From assembly GCF_001545095.1 (NCBI RefSeq), contig NZ_CP013213.1, positions 2,040,001-2,072,000 of the forward strand: 32,000 bases of DNA. The letters run 5' to 3'. The position numbers and the translations under genes are program-made. The notes under the pieces are model-generated. The model saw only the letters and a program-made list of their open reading frames with translations, had not been told where the DNA came from and did not search any database. This DNA is from Erysipelothrix larvae (GTDB lineage Bacteria; Bacillota_I; Bacilli_A; Erysipelotrichales; Erysipelotrichaceae). Every line of letters starts with the position of its first letter. Position 1 is the stretch's first letter. Below, piece after piece: positions 1 through 6,614 of this stretch.

Positions 1-1464
1 TCCTGACTCATTTCCTTGTACGCCGTATGCATCTGAACCCCAAATGAAAATACGACCTTCATCACTTTGTGCGATAATAAAATATATACCGCCAGCTAAG
101 TCTACAATATTATGATCTTTAAGTAAAGACACTTCAACTAATCGATTTTTTGCGGCTCCCGAATTGATTCCTAACTGTCCGCTTCCACCATAACCCGCAG
201 TATAAACCCTTCCATCACTGGACAAAACGATTGTGTTTTCATACAACAATTGCACACCTCTGGTACTGTAGATTGTAAGATCAAGACACTTCTCAATTGC
301 CGCAAGCCCAGAGCTATCGGTTAGGTTATAACAGATATGGTAGGTTCCTGGTACCTTTGAATCATAGTTTGGAGGTGTTGTAATGACGAGGTTGTTTCTT
401 AATGTTTGTTCATCATCAATATTATCACTCACATTCACAAGACTTGATAGAGATAAATTATCAGTTTTCGCCCTTCGTGGTGAATCGCTGATTGGTGTGA
501 TTACTGGTGGTTCTCCATCCGTTACATAAACTTCACGCACCACCTTTTGTGAGAGTCCATCATGGCTTGCGGTATAAGTGATTGTATAGATTCCAACCTT
601 TGATGTGTTCACATTTCCGGATGTGATGACAGGTACCGATTCATCAAACTCATTGAATGCCACAGCCCCTGGATCAGTGAATTTTGTGTTTTGATCGATA
701 TACATGGGCGTATCACCCAATAGTTCAATTCTTAAACTGCTTGGAATGTTTATGCCGGTATCAATGGGTCCATAAACTTGTGCCATGTCTGTCCATAAAA
801 TGGTTGGGTTGCTTGCGCTTGCATTGACACGGACTCCAATTCCGATTTTATTCGCCATTAACCGATCTCGTAATTCTTTTACCGTTAATTTCGCGTCACT
901 AAGGTGTAATTTATACGTATAGCGTTTCGAGTCATACCCGTCTCCTTCACCACTGATTGTTGAAAGAGTATCTTGGTTGACGGTTTTTTTAACCCCATAT
1001 CGAACGCCACCGGGTGTTTGTAATGCTTGTGTATCGTTTTCGTTAAACCCAATCAATGCATGCGTTCCTGTGTTTGATCGGATATCACCATCATCAGTTG
1101 TTGAAGGATATAAAAGCACAATATCTTTTTCATTGGTTTCGTTTTCAAAAGCGAGCTCGATACTTGATTCAATGTCAACACTAAGATCAGATTTGTTTTT
1201 AACGACAAATTCGACCAACAAAATATCATCCTGCACGATTTTTGTGCCAAATCCACTTGCATCATTTGCATACCAGGTTACTGTACCATCTTGGTTAATG
1301 ACACCCACTCTAAATTCTGTGATGTCAATGTTTAGTTTTGATGCACTAACTTGGTATGAACTACGCACGTTGTCACTGAACATGCTTTGTATTGGAGAGA
1401 ACACAGATAAAAGAAACAGGAAAAATGACCCCATCAAAAGCGCACTTATGAGACGTCGTTTCAT
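1..1464 (-). CDS. Large secreted surface/adhesin-like protein; only the N-terminal 488 codons are in the window (ORF runs off at position 1). Absent from the supplied ORF track
   Basis: Hand translation of the minus strand from ATG 1464-1462 stays open to position 1. It starts MKRRLISALLMGSFFLFLLSVFSPIQSMFSDNVRSSYQVSASKLNIDI: a signal peptide followed by an xFSD...LNIDI motif that resembles the TasA/CalY leader of the gene at 2517-3179. Two Ig-like modules of DUF5011/HYR style follow (FTDPGAVAFNEFDESVPVITSGNVNTSKVGIYTITYTASHDGLSQKVVREVYV; NYDSKVPGTYHICYNLTDSSGLAAIEKCLDLTIY). RCC1-type repeats come next (SSDGRVYTAGYGGSGQLG; SDEGRIFIWGSDAYGVQG). The ATG overlaps the sipW stop (ATGA). Confidence 0.8.
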   Translation of the reverse strand, partial: MKRRLISALLMGSFFLFLLSVFSPIQSMFSDNVRSSYQVSASKLNIDITEFRVGVINQDGTVTWYANDASGFGTKIVQDDILLVEFVVKNKSDLSVDIESSIELAFENETNEKDIVLLYPSTTDDGDIRSNTGTHALIGFNENDTQALQTPGGVRYGVKKTVNQDTLSTISGEGDGYDSKRYTYKLHLSDAKLTVKELRDRLMANKIGIGVRVNASASNPTILWTDMAQVYGPIDTGINIPSSLRIELLGDTPMYIDQNTKFTDPGAVAFNEFDESVPVITSGNVNTSKVGIYTITYTASHDGLSQKVVREVYVTDGEPPVITPISDSPRRAKTDNLSLSSLVNVSDNIDDEQTLRNNLVITTPPNYDSKVPGTYHICYNLTDSSGLAAIEKCLDLTIYSTRGVQLLYENTIVLSSDGRVYTAGYGGSGQLGINSGAAKNRLVEVSLLKDHNIVDLAGGIYFIIAQSDEGRIFIWGSDAYGVQGNESG

Positions 1465-1988
1465 GATACTTTTTCCTTGTTATGCTTACGGTATTGTTTA
1501 AACAGATATAAACCAAGCATTATGGACGCAATGGGCAGCAATCCAAAAAGTACAAAGTTTACTGGTGTTTTAACGATTTCAATTAAGAATACTGCAAGTG
1601 TTGTATGAAAAACTGCGCGTCCTAAAACATCGTGAGACGCGATGATTTCTGGATCAATGTCGTTATTGTTATCGCCTTTAGTAATGAACCCCTCTTCGGT
1701 TATATCCACAACACGGTGGAATACCGTCGCATTCACAACGTTACTATGAAATGCAATTGGATCCCCAACATTGAGGCTCGAAGCATCCGTTTTCTTAATG
1801 ATTACTAAGGTATTAATGGGGTAATCTGGAGCCATAGACCCCGTAGTGATGATAAATGGTTTATATCCAAATATAAACACTTCATCTCTATCTTTTCGTG
1901 TTAAAGAAAAGTGGAGTGCAAGCAATAACAAAACAATCGATAATCCAATAAGCAGATTATTGAATAGATTTTTCTTCATCGTCTTCAC
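1461..1988 (-). CDS. sipW: Signal peptidase I, SipW (ER/archaeal) type
   Basis: 175 aa with an N-terminal TM segment. The catalytic-Ser box is TGSMAP, followed by FHRVV and the GDNN box (ITKGDNNNDIDP), and there is a C-terminal TM segment. It sits in an operon with proteins carrying TasA-type leaders. Confidence 0.85.
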   Translation of the reverse strand: MKTMKKNLFNNLLIGLSIVLLLLALHFSLTRKDRDEVFIFGYKPFIITTGSMAPDYPINTLVIIKKTDASSLNVGDPIAFHSNVVNATVFHRVVDITEEGFITKGDNNNDIDPEIIASHDVLGRAVFHTTLAVFLIEIVKTPVNFVLFGLLPIASIMLGLYLFKQYRKHNKEKVS

Positions 1989-2514
1989 TTCTTTCTTTAA
2001 TTAAATATCCACAAAGTATCAAAGAAGCCCCTATGATTATGAGATATTCCCAGTGTTTGGATTGATGTCCCGTATTGGCGAGTTTTTCGCCTTTTCGAAC
2101 AATACCAAAGGTAAAGCGATACGTCTCAGATAAGGTCTGAATGACATTTCCTGTGCCTGGATAGATACTAAAATCCACATTAAAATCATAGGTTTCATTG
2201 ATGTTCAATCGTGTTATTAATTGATTTACCTCAAGTCCTGAGACATCAAGGGCTTCAGAGCTTTGAGGTAACTTTAGTGTCATACTTTGTGTTAATGCAT
2301 TATCATTCATCGATTTCACACTTATGAGATAAATATCCACTACTTCATGTGTTGTATTGTTAAATGAATAAGTAAATGTTGATGACATTCCTGGATGAAC
2401 ATCATCAACACTTATCTCTATGACAGTATTTTTTTGATTGATTAATGCATCATTGATATCAATCACTGAAACAGGTGTTGACAAACATATTAATGTTGCC
2501 AAGAGCCATTTCAT
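1957..2514 (-). CDS. Small secreted protein with a C-terminal LPXTG-like sorting signal (LANTG + hydrophobic segment + charged tail)
   Basis: N-terminal signal-like segment MKWLLATLICLSTPVSV. The C-terminus reads GEKLANTGHQSKHWEYLIIIGASLILCGYLIKERSEDDEEKSIQ. The body is beta-rich and has a PGM/NNT segment (VDDVHPGMSSTFTYSFNNTTHEVVDIYL) reminiscent of the PGD...N.G strand pair in TasA-family proteins. Its 3' end overlaps the sipW start. Confidence 0.6.
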   Translation of the reverse strand: MKWLLATLICLSTPVSVIDINDALINQKNTVIEISVDDVHPGMSSTFTYSFNNTTHEVVDIYLISVKSMNDNALTQSMTLKLPQSSEALDVSGLEVNQLITRLNINETYDFNVDFSIYPGTGNVIQTLSETYRFTFGIVRKGEKLANTGHQSKHWEYLIIIGASLILCGYLIKERSEDDEEKSIQ

Positions 2515-2516
2515 AA

Positions 2517-3179
2517 TTACGGAGTTTTAATACTGGTTGTTTCGATATTTTGCCATCCTGCATTTGTTGGAAGTCTTCCCTCGTTATTATTACGAAGTTG
2601 TAGCGCTTCTGTAATGAATGTAAAATCAATCGCCTTATCTTGTGCATCATTCTTAGCTTCTGGTGCAAATAAAATGGTATATACAACAGAATATTCATCT
2701 GAAGGACCATCTATTTCAACTGAACCACTTATTTTATCGATTTTCGATGTATATGCACCATTAGGATCGAAGGTTAAAAGTGTAAGTCCAGATTGGGTAA
2801 AATCTTTGACTTCCCCTTCATACACTTTAACTACTGGTGTCGCAGGTGAACCATATGTAATTTTTGTCAGTTCACCACTAATGGTAAGTCCATTGCGAAT
2901 CCATGCACTTTTTGTCCCGTAATTTTTCATCGTTGCTTTTACGTAAATGACATCCCCTGGGTTAAAGTTTGTAAGTGTGTTTGATGGCAATAGATTACCA
3001 TCTTTATCATATAGCTGATACTTACCATCTATATCAAGTGTACCAGCAGTGATTTTCGCATCTCCCTTAACTTGGTCACTAAAGTAAGCTAATAGTGAGC
3101 CTGCAAAAACAAAGAGTGCTACAATGCTAATTAGAAGCGCTAGGCTTCTTTTTCCGTTATTCTTTTTATTCTCTTTCAT
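2517..3179 (-). CDS. TasA/CalY (camelysin, peptidase M73) family secreted fibre subunit with a SipW-dependent leader
   Basis: The leader ...LLISIVALFVFAGSLLAYFSDQVKGDAKITAGTLDIDG matches the known TasA/CalY pattern (GGTFAYFSD ... AGTLDL). LTNFNPGDVIYVKATMKNYGTKSAW is the typical PGD...N.G strand pair. A strong RBS (GGGAGGGG) lies upstream of the ATG. Confidence 0.85.
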   Translation of the reverse strand: MKENKKNNGKRSLALLISIVALFVFAGSLLAYFSDQVKGDAKITAGTLDIDGKYQLYDKDGNLLPSNTLTNFNPGDVIYVKATMKNYGTKSAWIRNGLTISGELTKITYGSPATPVVKVYEGEVKDFTQSGLTLLTFDPNGAYTSKIDKISGSVEIDGPSDEYSVVYTILFAPEAKNDAQDKAIDFTFITEALQLRNNNEGRLPTNAGWQNIETTSIKTP

Positions 3180-3486
3180 AAGTCCCCTCCCTTTGGATCT
3201 CTCCTATTATAGGGGAGTGCATCTGAGCCAAACAAGGTAAATTACTTCATGAAATTGAAAAATTATCATGATAACCATAAAAGATTTCAATACTTTAATC
3301 ATAAAGGTACTGTTTAGTAGGGTTATTCGTTATTTTTATCGTAATTTGATATAGATTCTTCCAATATATTTTATTTAAATCATAATTGATATGATACGAT
3401 TCACTGGATTTTCTTTGTAATAATTCACTATTTATTTATGATCGAACTATAATTAAATCATAAATATTGTTGCTACACCTTTTAAT

Positions 3487-3517
3487 AAAAAGGGGTACCG
3501 CTATGGTTACCCCTTTG
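3487..3517 (-). terminator. Rho-independent terminator after the flavoprotein gene
   Basis: The minus-strand RNA reads AAAGGGGTAACCATAGCGGTACCCCTTTTTATT: a GC-rich stem followed by a U-run, directly after the stop at 3526. Confidence 0.65.
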
Positions 3518-3525
3518 ACCTTAAA

Positions 3526-5007
3526 TCATTTATTCTTGATATATTCCGCAGCTTTAACACCTGATTGTCTTCCAAATATAATGATATCTGCTACAGCATT
3601 ACCACCAATACGATTATTTCCATGGATACCGCCTACGAGCTCACCGGCTGCATACAATCCAGGGATTGGTGTGTTCGATTGATCCAATACTTCAGTATTT
3701 GCATTCATTTTTACACCACCCATTGTATGGTGAACACCCGGTGCAATTTTTATTGCGAAATATGGTCCAGTACCTAAATCATGATCCATTCCAGTTTTTC
3801 GTCCAAAGTCCGTATCGTTTTGAGAAGCAACTGATTGATTCCACGATTCCAGTGTGGTTGTAAAGCTTTCTTTATCTACATTCATTTTCTCAGCGAGGCC
3901 TTCAAGTGTGTCGGACTCGAGTACAAATCCTGCTTCAACATAGGTATTGATTGCTTTAACGCGGTCTTTAACACCTTGATCAAATACAAGGTACGCAGCG
4001 TGATCATCCAATCCTATAATGGCTTGAGACACAGTATCTCGTGTCTCTAATTCGTTAATAAAACGTTTGCCATCTTGAGCCACTAAGATTGCACCTTCAC
4101 CTCTCACAGCTTCTGTAACCAGATACGATGTTTTTTGTTCAACTGTAGGATGGATTTGGATTTGTTCCATATCTATTGCATAACCACCTACTTTTTCAAT
4201 CATGACAATGCCATCACCCGTTGATCCTTTTTGATTGGTTGTAACAAATCCTTTAAGTGATGGATTGTATTGTGTAACCATATCTGCATTAGCACCAAAA
4301 CCACCTGTTGCCACGATTACTGCTTTTGCTTTGATGGTCTTTGTTTCTGTGCCATTGAAGGTTACTTTGACGCCAACAATCTCATTCCCTTCCTTTACAA
4401 GTTCTGTTACTTCAGCTTGTAAGAAGATAGGTACTTGTCTGCTTTCAACATTCTCTAAAAGTCCTTTGACTAAATATTGTCCCACTGCTGATCCATCTGC
4501 GGGGCGGTGAGTACGTTTCACACTCATTCCCCCAGTCACTGTTAAGTTAGACAATGTGATTCCCATTGAATCCAACCAATCAATAGCACTTGATGAATTA
4601 TCCACAAAGAACCGAAGCAATTCAGGATCGTTTGTGTTTTTCCCACCTTTGAGCGTTTCCTCATAAAACAAATCGTTTGAATCTTCGATTCCCTCATTCT
4701 TTTGGAACTTGGTTTCAGATGCATTCATCCCCGCCGATGACTTAGAAGTATTTCCACCAACAACTGGCATCTTTTCGAAGATGACAGTATCAGCACCTGC
4801 TTCTTTTGCAGCGATTGCAGCGGACATTCCTCCACCACCTGCACCGATTACAATTACATCATATGCGTCTTTTAACGTATCAAGTTTAGCACCTTGAAAT
4901 GAAGTAGCACTCGATTTCTCGTCACTGTCTTTATCCGTGGTATTTGACTTACCACATCCTGTGATAACGAATAGAATCACAGCCAAAATACACATTAATT
5001 TTTTCAT
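3526..5007 (-). CDS. Lipoprotein FAD-dependent reductase of the fumarate reductase / flavocytochrome c / urocanate reductase flavoprotein family
   Basis: Lipobox VITGC at residues 14-18. FAD Rossmann motif DVIVIGAGGGGMSAA. Conserved catalytic segments are IQIHPT, TEAVRGEGAILV and HHTMGGV, plus C-terminal GLYAAGE..GG.HG.NR.GGN. There is no CxxCH heme motif, and only about 30 aa separate the lipobox Cys from the FAD motif. Confidence 0.85.
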   Translation of the reverse strand: MKKLMCILAVILFVITGCGKSNTTDKDSDEKSSATSFQGAKLDTLKDAYDVIVIGAGGGGMSAAIAAKEAGADTVIFEKMPVVGGNTSKSSAGMNASETKFQKNEGIEDSNDLFYEETLKGGKNTNDPELLRFFVDNSSSAIDWLDSMGITLSNLTVTGGMSVKRTHRPADGSAVGQYLVKGLLENVESRQVPIFLQAEVTELVKEGNEIVGVKVTFNGTETKTIKAKAVIVATGGFGANADMVTQYNPSLKGFVTTNQKGSTGDGIVMIEKVGGYAIDMEQIQIHPTVEQKTSYLVTEAVRGEGAILVAQDGKRFINELETRDTVSQAIIGLDDHAAYLVFDQGVKDRVKAINTYVEAGFVLESDTLEGLAEKMNVDKESFTTTLESWNQSVASQNDTDFGRKTGMDHDLGTGPYFAIKIAPGVHHTMGGVKMNANTEVLDQSNTPIPGLYAAGELVGGIHGNNRIGGNAVADIIIFGRQSGVKAAEYIKNK

Positions 5008-5090
5008 TAGTAAAATTCCCCCCTTTTATAAAATCATACATCAAATACATATCAATACACCTTTTTTCTGGCACTCATTTAATATTTTAT

Positions 5091-5282
5091 TCACAAAATC
5101 AACATATAATCCAAGAATGCGCTGAATTTTGTTAGGAACAGCAAACATTTCACGATATTTAAACAGAATCCTTTTGAAACACCCATCTTACTTCTAGCAT
5201 TTTTCAAAACCGTATCGTATCGTTTAATCTGATGTTTAGAAGAGGACACCTGAAAGTATCCACCAAACTTCATTGGAATCAT
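5091..5282 (-). pseudogene. Possible C-terminal remnant of an IS4/IS5-type DDE transposase
   Basis: KHQIKRYDTVLKNARSKMGVSKGF... loosely follows the RxxVExxFxxLKxxxGxxK C-terminal signature of IS5/IS1182-type transposases. There is no upstream catalytic domain. It abuts the TnpB remnant. Confidence 0.25.
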
Positions 5283-5441
5283 TATTACCCATTACTTCGT
5301 GAACTACTCGCCACTTAGCATACGCTCGAAGTGAGGGCTTCTTGAGAACAAAGCAAACTTAATCGACATTCCTGTCGACCAGCGGTCACTTTTATTTATC
5401 AAGCTATCCCCGATGTCCCATCGGTTTATTGTTTTTCATTC
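5283..5441 (-). ncRNA. Putative right-end / omega-RNA scaffold region of the decayed IS200/IS605-type element
   Basis: It lies immediately 3' of the tnpB stop, which is where omega RNAs are encoded. Several short hairpins are visible (CCGATGGGACATCGG; GTCGACAGGAATGTCGAT; CTTCGAGC...CACGAAG). This is a positional inference only. Confidence 0.3.
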
Positions 5442-6213
5442 TTAGGATTGATGCGAAAGTCTTAATCCTTCATTCAGGATATTGATGCTTGCATTCAAAT
5501 CACGATCGTGTGTGATGTTGCAGTTGGAACATTCCCATTGACGTATCTCCAGTGGTTTCTTTCCATCATTATGTCCACAGTGACAACACAGCTGACTGGA
5601 CGGATACCAGGAATCAATCTTGATTACTTTTTTCCCATACCAACCGGGTTTGTATTTTTAGCTTTGCCACAAATTGTGACCACGACACATCTGCAATACT
5701 CTTTGAAACCCGCTTCGTCTTCATCATTTCTTTAACTTTTAAGGTTTCTATAAAAGAGCACATCATGGTTCTCGATTAGCTCCTTACTCACCTTGTTTAA
5801 GAAATCATTGCGTCGATTTGCGATCTTCTCATGGATTCGTGCGACTTTTAACTTTTGCTTTTGGTAATTCTTAGCTTCACTCAGCGGGACACCCCGTTTC
5901 TTTGCCTCCCTTTTACGTTTTGATAACTTACGTTGTTCTCGTTTCAGTGTTTGTGCTTCTTGGTTCGTGAACCGTGGGTTTAAAAATCCGTGTTCCATCA
6001 AAAGAGTACCGCAAAAGCAATCAATCCAAGATCAATCCCAACCTCAGACCCCGTCTTAGGTAGGTGCTCGATTGTTTCTTCGACTAAGAGTGAGACGTGA
6101 TAGATTCCTGTTGTACTCCTTGATATCGTCGCGGATTTAATAACACCTTTTGTGTGGCGATGCATCTCTATGGGGTTCACTGTCACAGTCTTCTTCTGAA
6201 TATAATTGGACAA
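5442..6213 (-). pseudogene. tnpB: tnpB (IS200/IS605 OrfB, RuvC-like RNA-guided nuclease family); 5'-truncated and frameshifted
   Basis: Three out-of-frame pieces are present. (a) ...GVIKSATISRSTTGIYHVSLLVEE...TGSEVGIDLGL (RuvC-I). (b) NYQKQKLKVARIHEKIANRRNDFLNKVSKELIENHDV. (c) A hand-translated tail, ...SIADVSWSQFVAKLKYKPGWYGKKVIKIDSWYPSSQLCCHCGH...WECSNCNITHDRDLNASINILNEG (Zn finger + RuvC-III). About 100 N-terminal residues are missing. The expected IEDL motif reads FYRNL. Confidence 0.8.
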
Positions 6214-6614
6214 ATGTTTTTGGAGTTTGATGTCCCTAATTTTACATTAATGATGTTTTTAGATGGCACAACGATTCTTAATTTATTCAGTGATAAAACT
6301 ATCCTTGAACAAACTATGGCAGAACCTTTCCCAAATTCAGACTATGAACGCGGAACATATATTTTTCCTGATAACAGTTCTCTCATTATTGGTGAACATA
6401 GTTTGATATTTGATACACCATTCTCTGCAAACATCGTTTCAATACTTAAGCAAAATTATACTGGTATTTACCATTTTAAATGCCAAAAAGAAAAATCATA
6501 ATCACCAGAATAATATAACCAATATAGCATTCCCTCATTATTTGATTTCATTGCCTCAAAACCCTTTGATTAAGCATTTAAACATTCATTTAAAGTCTAA
6601 TTGCTACAGTTTAT

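Noticed and set aside
977-1501. 174-aa plus-strand ORF, and the 72-aa minus ORF at 1053-1271.
   Set aside because: Both lie inside the long minus-strand frame 1-1464, which has clear domain content. They have low-complexity, Cys/Phe/Ser-rich compositions typical of antisense or alternative-frame shadows.
2459-2922. ORFs 2459-2710 (-) and 2614-2922 (+) overlapping the TasA-like gene.
   Set aside because: These are alternative-frame or antisense shadows of a gene with strong family motifs. They have no RBS.
3467-5125. A series of 60-90 aa plus-strand ORFs and one minus ORF (4542-4724) across the flavoprotein gene.
   Set aside because: All are nested in or antisense to a full-length conserved FAD enzyme. 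None has RBS or motif support.
5508-5735. 75-aa plus-strand ORF.
   Set aside because: It is antisense to the Zn-finger/RuvC-III tail of the TnpB pseudogene, which translates sensibly on the minus strand.
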